Shown: one piece after another, positions 1 to 8,917 of the stretch
Layout of the letters: each line of letters opens with the position of its first letter
Position numbering within the stretch: position 1 is the stretch's first letter
DNA from: Bacteroidota bacterium
GTDB lineage: Bacteria > Bacteroidota > Bacteroidia > Flavobacteriales > Flavobacteriaceae
Reading direction: 5' to 3'
Length of the DNA stretch: 56,001 nt
Assembly: GCA_023427845.1 (NCBI GenBank)
Contig: JAEYZX010000131.1
Location: forward strand, 1 to 56,001
Program-made: the position numbers and the translations under genes
The notes under the pieces: generated by a model
Databases searched by the model: none
What the model was told of the DNA's origin: nothing
What the model saw: only the letters and a program-made list of their open reading frames with translations

Positions 1-270
1 GAACTTAATGAAATCCTGGCTTCAACCGCATTGAACGAGTTGGAAAATATCCGGATCAAAGGATTGATGGGAATGGCAACGTTTACCGACGACAAATCGC
101 AAATCAAAAAAGAATTCACTTTTTTAAAAACAGTTTTCGACAAACTTTCACCCCAGAAAAACGTAACTCCTGAAATTCTTTCAATGGGCATGAGCGGCGA
201 TTACGAACTAGCGATTGAATGCGGCAGCACAATGGTTCGGATTGGAAGCAGTATATTTGGCGAACGATGA
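1..270 (+). CDS. yggS: YggS/PLPBP pyridoxal phosphate homeostasis protein, 3' part (5' end outside window)
   Basis: GLMGMA and LSMGMSGDYELAIECGSTMVRIGSSIFG C-terminal signature; frame open from window start. Confidence 0.93.
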   Translation, partial: ELNEILASTALNELENIRIKGLMGMATFTDDKSQIKKEFTFLKTVFDKLSPQKNVTPEILSMGMSGDYELAIECGSTMVRIGSSIFGER

Positions 271-310
271 ATAACGCTATTGCAATTGATATCGATTTTT
301 AAACTTTAAC

Positions 311-1639
311 ATGTACGCAGTTCTCGATATAGAAACTACAGGAGGCCAGTTTAATGAAGAAGGAATCACCGAGATCGCCATCTACAGATTCGATGGGCAC
401 GAAATCACCGATCAGTTCATCAGTCTGGTGAATCCCGAAATTCCGATCCAGCCTTTTGTTGTAAAGCTTACGGGAATCAACAATGCAATGCTGCGATCGG
501 CGCCAAAATTTTATGAGGTCGCAAAACGCATAATTGAAATAACACAGGACTGTGTAATAGTTGCCCACAATACCGCTTTCGACTACAGGATTCTCCGAAC
601 CGAATTCCGCCGCCTGGGCTATACTTTTGAAGCCCGGACACTTTGCACGGTCGAACTCGCACAGAAACTGCTTCCGGAACAACCCTCGCACAGTCTTGGT
701 AAACTCGTTCGCGCCCTCGGGATTCCTATACCCGACCGGCATAGGGCTAGCGGCGATGCCATGGCGACATTAAAATTATTCAAGTTGCTGTTGGCAAGGG
801 ATTCCGAAAAAACAATCGTAAAAGAATTGATTAAGACCGAGGTTGAAAAAGGAATTTCACCAAAATTGCTCGACATCGTAGAAAGCCTTCCGTCAAAAAC
901 CGGGATTTATTACATTCATCGTGAAGACGGTACGATAATTTTCATCGGCCGAAGCCGCAACATCAAGAAACGCGTCAACCAACATTTTACGGGAACTTCC
1001 CAAAAATGCAAAAAAATACAAACCGAAGTTTTTGCGGTAACTTACGAGGAAACAGGCAGCGAACTTATAGCGATACTCAAAGAACGCGAAGAAATAAAAA
1101 TCAACCGGCCAGTTTACAGCAAACCGCAAACCAAGCCCGCCTTTCCGTGGTCGCTGTATGCTTCCCGCAATTCCGATGATTTTATCTCGCTTACAATCGA
1201 AAAAACCAACCGAAAAAAACCCATCGTACTTTCATTCGGATCATTTGCGGAGGCAAAAAGCACCGTTTTCGAAATCACGACACAATTCAATCTGGATCCG
1301 CAACGCAATGGGCTGGTTGACGATTCAGCTGCGGTATTCGCCCACGAAGAAACTCCCGAAGCCTATAACAACCGGGTTTTTGAGGCAATCGACAGTCTGA
1401 CGTATAGCGGAAAAAATTTAATGCTGATCGACCGCGGTCGTACGATTAATGAGCGATCGGCAATACTGATCGAGGACGGTGTTTATAAAGGTTATGCATT
1501 CTACGACCTGAACTATCAGCTAAACAACATCGCCATTTTAAAAAGCATTTTGATTCCGATGGCAGCCGATCGCGACACACGCGACATCATCCAAACGTAT
1601 GTGCGAAAGAATAACCGGATTAAAATAGTTCCGTTTTGA
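311..1639 (+). CDS. DEDDh 3'-5' exonuclease (DnaQ-like) fused to a UvrC-type GIY-YIG domain
   Basis: LDIETTG, VAHNTAFD, HRASGDA exonuclease motifs; then GIYY...FIGRSRNIKKRVNQHF. Confidence 0.9.
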   Translation: MYAVLDIETTGGQFNEEGITEIAIYRFDGHEITDQFISLVNPEIPIQPFVVKLTGINNAMLRSAPKFYEVAKRIIEITQDCVIVAHNTAFDYRILRTEFRRLGYTFEARTLCTVELAQKLLPEQPSHSLGKLVRALGIPIPDRHRASGDAMATLKLFKLLLARDSEKTIVKELIKTEVEKGISPKLLDIVESLPSKTGIYYIHREDGTIIFIGRSRNIKKRVNQHFTGTSQKCKKIQTEVFAVTYEETGSELIAILKEREEIKINRPVYSKPQTKPAFPWSLYASRNSDDFISLTIEKTNRKKPIVLSFGSFAEAKSTVFEITTQFNLDPQRNGLVDDSAAVFAHEETPEAYNNRVFEAIDSLTYSGKNLMLIDRGRTINERSAILIEDGVYKGYAFYDLNYQLNNIAILKSILIPMAADRDTRDIIQTYVRKNNRIKIVPF

Positions 1640-1648
1640 TGGATTGTT

Positions 1649-1656
1649 TATTTTTG
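1649..1656 (+). promoter_or_regulatory. Bacteroidota sigma-A -7 box (TATTTTTG) for the ion channel gene
   Basis: Matches TAnnTTTG, 18 bp upstream of ATG 1675. Confidence 0.5.
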
Positions 1657-1674
1657 GTAGACCAATACTAGAAA

Positions 1675-2496
1675 ATGGCTTTCAGCTTACCAGAAAAACT
1701 ACGCGAACGGCTGCATACTATAGTCTACGAGGCCGACACTACGGCTGGAAAACTGTTTGATTTGATCCTTGTCGCACTGATAATTATAAGTATTGCAGCG
1801 CTTATGCTTGAAAGTGTAGTCGAAATCGAAATCCGGTTAGGTTTCGAACTTGCACTGATCGAGTGGATCATAACGATCCTTTTTACACTCGAATATATTG
1901 CTCGTCTGTTATCGGTTCGCAAGCCGTTGCGGTATGTATTCAGTTTTTATGGTGTAATCGATCTGCTTGCAACCCTACCCAGTTATATTGACCTTTTTTT
2001 TCCCGGATGGCACTTTCTACTCGCGTTACGCGCGATACGATTACTTCGGATTTTCCGAATTTTAAAACTCGCACATTTCATCGGAGCCTCAAATCAGCTC
2101 AAGTTCGCGCTTTTGCGAAGCCGGAATAAAATTGCGGTGTTCTTATTCACGGTTGTGGTTCTTTGTGTAATATTGGGGACGCTTATGTACATGATCGAGG
2201 GGCCTAAAAACGGATTCGACAGTATTCCTGCAAGCATCTATTATACGATTGTTACGTTAACCACTGTAGGATTTGGCGACATAACTCCGGTAACCCCTTT
2301 TGGGCAATTTCTGTCGATGGTGATCATGGTTTTGGGTTACGGAATCATCGCGGTACCAACAGGGCTGGTAACTGCCCAAATCATGTCGAATCAGCATATA
2401 CACACTAACACTCAAACATGCCCAACGTGCAGCATTTCCGATCATTACGACGACGCTAAATACTGCTACCAATGCGGTACTCATTTACATCACTGA
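1675..2496 (+). CDS. 6-TM potassium channel (ion transporter) with C-terminal zinc ribbon
   Basis: S4-like LRAIRLLRIFRILK, selectivity filter TTVGFGD, CPTC...CYQC. Confidence 0.92.
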   Translation: MAFSLPEKLRERLHTIVYEADTTAGKLFDLILVALIIISIAALMLESVVEIEIRLGFELALIEWIITILFTLEYIARLLSVRKPLRYVFSFYGVIDLLATLPSYIDLFFPGWHFLLALRAIRLLRIFRILKLAHFIGASNQLKFALLRSRNKIAVFLFTVVVLCVILGTLMYMIEGPKNGFDSIPASIYYTIVTLTTVGFGDITPVTPFGQFLSMVIMVLGYGIIAVPTGLVTAQIMSNQHIHTNTQTCPTCSISDHYDDAKYCYQCGTHLHH

Positions 2497-2499
2497 TTT

Positions 2500-3405
2500 T
2501 TGGATACTAAATATTTAATAACCGTAATAGGACCCACAGCCATAGGAAAGACGACACTGGCGATAGCACTGGCAGGGCATTTTCAATGTGAGATAATTTC
2601 GTGCGATTCCCGGCAGTTTTATCGCGAGATGACAATTGGAACGGCGGCGCCATCAAAAGACGAGCTCGCGGCCGCGCCACATCATTTCATCCACCACAAA
2701 TCGATTTTTGATACTTATACCGTAGGCGATTTTGAAAACGACGCGATCAAATTACTTGATAAACTGTTTCAAACAAATGATTTTGCAATAATGGTTGGCG
2801 GTTCCGGGCTTTATGTCAACGGCGTGCTCAACGGACTTGACGAATTCCCGGCTGTCGATCCGGAAATCAGGCATGAGATTCAGCGTGACTACGACAAACA
2901 CGGAATTGAGTACCTTCAAAACGAACTCCAAAAACACGATCCTGTTTATTATAGCCAGGTCGATACGGCAAACCCGCAGCGAATGATGCGCGCGCTTGAA
3001 GTGAGCCGCAGCAGCAAAACACCCTACTCCACTTTTCTGACGTCAAACAAAAAACGGCGTGATTTTGTGCCAATCGTTATCGGACTTGAAGCCGACCGCG
3101 CCGAAATGTATGACCGGATAAACAGGCGTGTCGACATGATGATAAATGCCGGACTTGTAGACGAAGCGCGGAAATTATATCCGCACAAACATCTGAATGC
3201 ATTGCAGACCGTCGGTTATCGCGAACTCTTTAGCTACTTTGACGGCGAAATTACGCTGGACTTTGCTATTTCGGAGATCAAAAAAAATACGCGAAGATTC
3301 GCCAAGCGGCAAATGACCTGGTTTAAAAAAACAGAAAATTCGAATTGGTTTGATTATAAAACCGATAATGCAGTCATTATCGATCATATCGCCAACTTAA
3401 CTTAG
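2500..3405 (+). CDS. miaA: tRNA dimethylallyltransferase
   Basis: GPTAIGKT, DSRQFY, VGGSGLY, NTRRFAKRQMTWF; TTG start. Confidence 0.97.
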   Translation: MDTKYLITVIGPTAIGKTTLAIALAGHFQCEIISCDSRQFYREMTIGTAAPSKDELAAAPHHFIHHKSIFDTYTVGDFENDAIKLLDKLFQTNDFAIMVGGSGLYVNGVLNGLDEFPAVDPEIRHEIQRDYDKHGIEYLQNELQKHDPVYYSQVDTANPQRMMRALEVSRSSKTPYSTFLTSNKKRRDFVPIVIGLEADRAEMYDRINRRVDMMINAGLVDEARKLYPHKHLNALQTVGYRELFSYFDGEITLDFAISEIKKNTRRFAKRQMTWFKKTENSNWFDYKTDNAVIIDHIANLT

Positions 3406-3652
3406 AAATAATCCAGCAACCATTTTTACAATGTGCATCTGGTATAATTGCTTTCCTCAACAAGTTTTGGCCGGCAGGACGGAAACGAATTCCGTTTTGG
3501 GATGACAGGTGCTTATAACTTCACTAAATTTTCTTCCGTTCATTGCAGTACATTATATCAACGCCTCACTCGACATAAATACCGGTCGTCATTATGAGGA
3601 CTTTTTTGGTAAAATGAATCAGGTACAACTTGCCATAGGCATTCAGTTTGAC

Positions 3653-3660
3653 TAAATTTG
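3653..3660 (+). promoter_or_regulatory. -7 box (TAAATTTG) for the acyl-ACP thioesterase gene
   Basis: TAnnTTTG 10 bp upstream of ATG 3671. Confidence 0.55.
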
Positions 3661-3670
3661 TTAAAAAACA

Positions 3671-4399
3671 ATGCCCGTCTCAGAAGATTTCACCTCAATT
3701 TTTTCAAAAGATTTTACAATCGATTTCACCCAGTGTGCTCCCAACGGATTTTTAACCTACACCGAATTGTGCAATACACTTCAGCTCGCGGCAGCCGATC
3801 ATGCCGAAATGGGCGGAATCAGCTTTACCGATATGCAACGGGCAAGCCAGGCATGGGTTGTGAGCCGAATGCGTATCGAAATCACTGCCTTACCAAAATG
3901 GAGAGACGTGGTGACCGTCACAACCTGGATCGTAAGCCTTGAGAATTCTCGATCGGTGCGGGCGCTTGAAATGTATTGTGACGAAAAAAAAATTGTGGGT
4001 TGCGAATCTTTTTGGGCCGTATTCAACACAAAGACCCGTCGTCCGGAGCAACTGGCACTGCCACATGAGCACTTTATTAAATATGGCGATAAACATCCTA
4101 CGATCAAGCACGTGAAAAAAATTCGACTTGCGGATATGCCGGATCTTCGCGCTAAACGCACAGTGGCATTGTCGGATCTTGATGTTGTGAACCACGTCAA
4201 CAATGTCAAATATCTTGAATGGTGCCTTGATTTAGTGGATGCAGATGTTGTTCTTCAGCAACGCATCAGCTCGCTCGATATGAACTTCATGAAAGAACTG
4301 GCGCTTGGCGATGAAGTTGAGATTGCAAATGAGTCGAATCTGTTTGCGGTGAGGAAGGATGACAAACCGTGTTTTGCATTGGAGATTGGATTTGAATAG
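3671..4399 (+). CDS. Acyl-ACP thioesterase (FatA/B-like double hotdog)
   Basis: WVVSRMRIEI and DLDVVNHVNNVKYLEW motifs. Confidence 0.93.
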   Translation: MPVSEDFTSIFSKDFTIDFTQCAPNGFLTYTELCNTLQLAAADHAEMGGISFTDMQRASQAWVVSRMRIEITALPKWRDVVTVTTWIVSLENSRSVRALEMYCDEKKIVGCESFWAVFNTKTRRPEQLALPHEHFIKYGDKHPTIKHVKKIRLADMPDLRAKRTVALSDLDVVNHVNNVKYLEWCLDLVDADVVLQQRISSLDMNFMKELALGDEVEIANESNLFAVRKDDKPCFALEIGFE

Positions 4400-4528
4400 A
4401 ATCAGACTTAAAGAATACAGAGCACAACTATAATAAATTATGTGTCATCAAGACCATTACCCATTACAACGAGAAACCCGCCATTCAGGCACCCTTGATC
4501 GTGTGATTTAAGATGTCCGTACTCACAA

Positions 4529-4675
4529 TCCCCTCCTCTGGAGGGGTGGCGGAACGCCGGGGTGGTTTGCCTTCTCTGCAGGGGCGGAACGTCAGGGTGG
4601 TTTGCCTTCGCTGGAGGGGTGGAATTCTGGGGTGGTTCCCCTCCTTTGGAGGGGTGGCGGAACGCCGGGGTGGTT
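4529..4675 (+). repeat. Four head-to-tail 35-39 bp REP-like palindromic units
   Basis: Unit CCCCTCCTYTGGAGGGGTGGCGGAACGCCGGGGTGGTT at ~4530 and 4638 (one mismatch), with two degenerate units between. Confidence 0.9.
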
Positions 4676-4740
4676 CGGTTTCACATTGTTGACTGAACTC
4701 GTCGCTCCATAATTAAAAAACTGCAACTTCCTAGTAACCA

Positions 4741-4818
4741 CTAGCCCGGATAGCAGCGGCATCCTTTTGCTGCTTTCTTTAAGCAGCAAAAGATAGAGCG
4801 AATAGCCGGAACAGCTTC
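4741..4818 (+). ncRNA. Structured repeat/ncRNA element, Flavo-1-like (copy A)
   Basis: TAGCCCGGATAG..GC..ATCCTTTTGCTGCTT/AAGCAGCAAAAGAT..GCGAATAGCCGG..AGCTTC; related copies at 25186 and 36204; family name recalled, not searched. Confidence 0.55.
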
Positions 4819-4830
4819 AAAAAAATGCAT

Positions 4831-4856
4831 AAAAAAAGCCCCGTTTCCGGAGCTTT
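4831..4856 (-). terminator. Intrinsic terminator after the response regulator
   Basis: Minus strand GCTCCG-GAAA-CGGGGC followed by T7. Confidence 0.85.
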
Positions 4857-4859
4857 CAA

Positions 4860-5576
4860 TTATTCAGTTACTTTATTCTTGACTACTAATCTGAATCCTT
4901 CACCGTGGATGTTCAGGATTTCGACTTCATCGTCGCGTTTCAGATACTTACGCAATTTTGCTATATAGACATCCATTGAGCGGGATGTAAAATAGTTGTC
5001 ATCGCGCCAGATTTTTGTGAGCGCCAACTCACGTGGCATCAGGTCGTTTTCATGAAGCACGAGCATTTTGAGCAGTTCGTTTTCCTTTGGCGACAACTTG
5101 ATTGGTTCTTCGTCTTTGTAAGTCAGGAACCGCAATTTTGAGTTCAGGTGGAAGTTTCCGATCTGGAACTCGAAACGCACGTGATCGTTTTTCGTATCGG
5201 CCGCTTTGCGCTGGATAATTGCGCGGATTTTCATCAAAAGCACTTCGGAATCGAACGGTTTGTTCAGATAATCGTCGGCACCTACCTTATAGCCTTTCAA
5301 CACGTCTTCTTTCATCGATTTTGCGGTCAGGAAGATAATTGGCACATCTTTATTTTTTTCGCGGATTTCTTTTGCGAGTGTATATCCGTCTTTATAAGGC
5401 ATCATCACATCAAGGATGCAAAGATCGTAAGTGTCTTTTTTGAACTTTTCAAAACCTTCCATTCCGTTTTTCGCGAGCGTAACATCGAAGTCGTTCAATG
5501 TCAGGTAATCCTTAAGGATCGCGCCGAAATTCTGGTCATCTTCAACTAAGAGAATTTTTTTATTTTCAGTTTCCAT
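4860..5576 (-). CDS. rprY: OmpR-family response regulator (RprY-like)
   Basis: REC domain (VEDD, LDVMMP, FLTAK, KPF) plus winged helix with WRDDNYFTSRSMDVYIAKLRK. Confidence 0.88.
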   Translation of the reverse strand: METENKKILLVEDDQNFGAILKDYLTLNDFDVTLAKNGMEGFEKFKKDTYDLCILDVMMPYKDGYTLAKEIREKNKDVPIIFLTAKSMKEDVLKGYKVGADDYLNKPFDSEVLLMKIRAIIQRKAADTKNDHVRFEFQIGNFHLNSKLRFLTYKDEEPIKLSPKENELLKMLVLHENDLMPRELALTKIWRDDNYFTSRSMDVYIAKLRKYLKRDDEVEILNIHGEGFRLVVKNKVTE

Positions 5577-5578
5577 AG

Positions 5579-7162
5579 CTAGTTAATTAATGGTATTTTT
5601 ATTATAAAGGTGCTACCCTTTCCTTTTTCGCTTTCCACAAAAATTTGTCCGTTGTGGTCGTCGACAATTCTTTTTACATATGCGAGTCCGAGTCCGTGAC
5701 CCTTCACATTATGAAGATCGCCCGTATGCTCGCGGTAAAACTTTTCAAATATCCGCTTTTGAGCAACTTTACTCATTCCCGATCCGTGATCGCGGACTTT
5801 GATAATTACAAAATCTTTCACGTTTTCGGTGTAAACATCAATTTGAGGGACATTTGGCGAATATTTGATCGCATTGTCCAAAATGTTAACGATGACGTTT
5901 GTAAAATGTACATCGTTGAGCAAGACCGTTGTTCGAGAGGCATCGTAATGCGTTGTGATCGTGCCCTGCCGGTCTTCTATGATTAAATTGACGTGTTCGA
6001 TTGCCTCGTCAATTATATCATGGATATTGTTTGTTTCCTTATTGATTTCGAGCTCCTTCTTCTCGAGTTTTGAAATACGTAATACATTTTCAACCTGTGC
6101 ATGCATCCGCTTATTTTCGTCGCGTATCATTTGAAGGTACCGCTTGACCTTTTCACTGTCGTCGATAATCTTTGGATTCCTGATTGCATCAAGTGCCAGG
6201 TTTATCGTTGCTATCGGCGTTTTGAATTCGTGTGTCATATTATTGATGAAATCGGTTTTGATCTCCGAAATCTGACGCTGACGAATCAACTGGTTCAATG
6301 CACTTGAATAGGCAATGATGATGATTAGTGTAAAGACGATCGAAAGGACGGTGATTCCAACCAGTTCCGAGAAAAGAAATTTCTTCTTTTGCGGAAAACT
6401 CACCAGCAACTGATACTGGTTATTGCCTTCGTTATCTGCAAAAATCGGGATGCTGTAGGTTGCATCTTTGTCATAACGAAACTTATCGGACCGAATTTTC
6501 GTTGCGAGGCCATTGCTGTAAATTCCAAATTCAAATGGCGTATTGACACCGAATTCTTCAAGTTCACTTTCCAGCAGCTTGTGCAGATATTGCTTGGAAA
6601 CACGATCTTGCAACGGTTTTGCGGAAGCAATGTCCTTGAAAGCGATTTCGAGTTGTGTCTGCTTCAGAATATCCAGCGTACCGGACTTTTCAATCTTTAT
6701 ATCCGGAGTAACATTGTGCTGCAACCTGGAATCGTCAATATTGCTGTTATTATAGATTTCGGTGACGCGTTTTGAAGAAAAACTCTTCAACCTAACACTA
6801 TCCATTTTTTTATCAAAGAACGAGGAAGAAATGCCATAATCTTCCGAAATCATGCTGTTCGAATAAATTATTGTTTCATTCGTCCTGGGATCGCGCTGGT
6901 AATAACCAAATTCAAGCAAATCGCTCTTCTGTGGTTCCTTACCAATGCTGTCCTTCAACTTATTGTAACGGTCGATGAAAGTATAAGCCTCCTGTTTTTG
7001 AAGCTGGTACGCAACATTGCTGATTACCTGCTTAACATGAAAGCGGAATTGCTCATCATTGTTTTTGAAGGAGCTGTTGAACCAGTAAACCTGAACTAAA
7101 ATTATCCCAATTAAGGATAAACTCATAAGAACGACAAGTAATCGAAAAAACAACTTATTCAT
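5579..7162 (-). CDS. rprX: Membrane sensor histidine kinase (RprX-like)
   Basis: Two TM segments, NNMTHEFKTP H-box, N/G boxes (NAIKYS, DHGSG, GHGLGL); ATG at 7162 preferred. Confidence 0.85.
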   Translation of the reverse strand: MNKLFFRLLVVLMSLSLIGIILVQVYWFNSSFKNNDEQFRFHVKQVISNVAYQLQKQEAYTFIDRYNKLKDSIGKEPQKSDLLEFGYYQRDPRTNETIIYSNSMISEDYGISSSFFDKKMDSVRLKSFSSKRVTEIYNNSNIDDSRLQHNVTPDIKIEKSGTLDILKQTQLEIAFKDIASAKPLQDRVSKQYLHKLLESELEEFGVNTPFEFGIYSNGLATKIRSDKFRYDKDATYSIPIFADNEGNNQYQLLVSFPQKKKFLFSELVGITVLSIVFTLIIIIAYSSALNQLIRQRQISEIKTDFINNMTHEFKTPIATINLALDAIRNPKIIDDSEKVKRYLQMIRDENKRMHAQVENVLRISKLEKKELEINKETNNIHDIIDEAIEHVNLIIEDRQGTITTHYDASRTTVLLNDVHFTNVIVNILDNAIKYSPNVPQIDVYTENVKDFVIIKVRDHGSGMSKVAQKRIFEKFYREHTGDLHNVKGHGLGLAYVKRIVDDHNGQIFVESEKGKGSTFIIKIPLIN

Positions 7163-7167
7163 CGTCA

Positions 7168-7175
7168 CAAAATTA
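7168..7175 (-). promoter_or_regulatory. -7 box (TAATTTTG) directly upstream of the kinase start
   Basis: CAAAATTA on plus strand, 5 bp from the ATG. Confidence 0.5.
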
Positions 7176-7233
7176 ACATTTTAACAATTAAAGAATGAAT
7201 ACATTAACCAAATATTAACACGGGATTGATATA

Positions 7234-7815
7234 TTACGGATTCATTAATTTTTGGAAGATTTCGTTGGTTTGCCGTGCGGTTTGGTTTAAATCGATGTTC
7301 TCGATGACAAAGTCGCTTTTAGCGATCCGCATTTCATCGGACCATTGATTCTGAATGCGTTTCAACACCTGTTCCCTTGTCGAGCCATCACGCGATATCA
7401 CGCGTTCGATGCGGATTTCCAGTGGAGCTGTAACGGTAATAATGGCGTCGCAATCCTTATAACTTCCGCTTTCGAAAAGTATTGCAGCTTCGCGTATTAC
7501 GATGGGGTAATCCTGCCGCAATAACCATTCCGAAAAGTGTTGCCTTACCGCAGGATGAATAATATCATTAAGCTTTTCGAGCATTTCAGAATTGTTGAAT
7601 ACGAGTTGAGCGAGTTTCTTACGATCAGGTTTTTGATCGCTTAGAATCGCGGTGCCGAAATGTTCGACGATGGAACTTATGATTTCAGGCGATTCCATGA
7701 TTTGTTTGGCTTCATCGTCGGCAATGTAAACCGGCACGCCCAACGCCTTAAATTGATTTGCAACAGTAGTTTTCCCGCTGCCGATTCCTCCTGTGAGTCC
7801 TATTACTCGTGTCAT
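7234..7815 (-). CDS. coaE: Dephospho-CoA kinase
   Basis: GLTGGIGSGKT, IHPAV, EAAILFE. Confidence 0.96.
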   Translation of the reverse strand: MTRVIGLTGGIGSGKTTVANQFKALGVPVYIADDEAKQIMESPEIISSIVEHFGTAILSDQKPDRKKLAQLVFNNSEMLEKLNDIIHPAVRQHFSEWLLRQDYPIVIREAAILFESGSYKDCDAIITVTAPLEIRIERVISRDGSTREQVLKRIQNQWSDEMRIAKSDFVIENIDLNQTARQTNEIFQKLMNP

Positions 7816-8813
7816 TTGCTTTTGAAAAACAGCTCCGGAAAAGAATTCTCGGGAACCTTGTTTAGTATTTGAACTTTAATGTAAGATTCGGCAAAGCCAA
7901 CTCCATATCCGTAAAATTGGATAATTATTGCGACGAGTGCAAGACTGGCCACCCTAATGCTTTTACTCCCTATAAATGCCATAACAAAGGCCACAAGAAA
8001 ATAAATCGCAAACAATCCTAATATATAGGGAAATCCGACTATAGCCAAGCCGACTCCCAGGATAAATCCGATGCAGAAAAATGTAGGGAAAAAGTACGTG
8101 AATTTTGCATATTCCGGATACCGTTTGTTCAGTATGGGCCGTGCCTTTCCAAACTTGCTGACCTGAGTCCGGAATTTTGACCAACTGATTCTGCGCTTGT
8201 GATAAACATAAGCCTGAGGAATCAATTTTGTATTAAAACCGCTTCTCCACAACCGAATTGCAAGATCGGGATCTTCCCCGGGGTGAATATTTCCAAACCC
8301 GCCTGACGATATAAAAGCATTCCGCGACAAACCCATATTAAAACTTCTGGGCTGAAACTTATCTATCGATTCTGATCCACCACGGACACCTCCGGTTGAA
8401 ATAAAGGAAGTCATAGCGAAATTTATTGCTTTTTGAATATCGGAGAATGAATCAAGTGCTTTGTCGGGACCACCAAAACAATCTACATAGTTTTGTTGCA
8501 ATGCAGTCTTTACATTCAGTAAATAGTGTTTCGGCAAAATACAGTCGGAATCAAAAATCAGGAAGTAGTCTCCTTTGGCTTTTTGCATCCCAAAGTTACG
8601 TGAATCGCCGGGACCTGAATTCTGCTTTTGGTAATAAGCGATATCGAGTTGGCCAATATATGATTTCACAATCGTTTCACATGTGACAGTCGATCCATCT
8701 TCGATGATCACAACCTCAAAGACATCATCAAAATCGAGTTCGGCAATACTTTGGAGTAACTCCCTGATTTCATCGGGACGATTAAAGACGGGGACTATGA
8801 GGGAAAAATTCAT
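7812..8813 (-). CDS. GT2 family glycosyltransferase with C-terminal TM helices
   Basis: IVPVFNR, EDGS, FDSD, GEDPDL; 4-bp overlap with coaE. Confidence 0.92.
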   Translation of the reverse strand: MNFSLIVPVFNRPDEIRELLQSIAELDFDDVFEVVIIEDGSTVTCETIVKSYIGQLDIAYYQKQNSGPGDSRNFGMQKAKGDYFLIFDSDCILPKHYLLNVKTALQQNYVDCFGGPDKALDSFSDIQKAINFAMTSFISTGGVRGGSESIDKFQPRSFNMGLSRNAFISSGGFGNIHPGEDPDLAIRLWRSGFNTKLIPQAYVYHKRRISWSKFRTQVSKFGKARPILNKRYPEYAKFTYFFPTFFCIGFILGVGLAIVGFPYILGLFAIYFLVAFVMAFIGSKSIRVASLALVAIIIQFYGYGVGFAESYIKVQILNKVPENSFPELFFKSK

Positions 8814-8826
8814 TTCAGATTTTTAA

Positions 8827-8834
8827 CAAATATA
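8827..8834 (-). promoter_or_regulatory. -7 box (TATATTTG) for GT2-coaE
   Basis: CAAATATA on plus strand, 13 bp upstream of ATG. Confidence 0.55.
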
Positions 8835-8871
8835 ATCGTTACGAATAAAAAAATTTGGCGAAATGGATAAT

Positions 8872-8902
8872 AAAAAAAGGCCGCCTTTCGGCAGCCCTTT
8901 CC
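8872..8902 (-). terminator. Intrinsic terminator after the 988-aa T9SS protein
   Basis: Minus strand AGGGCTGCC-GAAA-GGCGGCCTT then T-run. Confidence 0.85.
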
Positions 8903-8917
8903 TATTCAAACCAAAGA

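Noticed and set aside
3406..3650. Small ORF, riboswitch or gene remnant between miaA and the thioesterase
   Set aside because: Only very short ORFs and one weak hairpin (GACGGAA/TTCCGTT, 3478-3496); no recognisable motif
4529..4675. CRISPR array
   Set aside because: Units are contiguous with no unique spacers, the inner copies are degenerate, and no cas genes are present
4592..4789. 65-aa minus-strand ORF
   Set aside because: Runs through the repeat cluster and the structured element; no protein features
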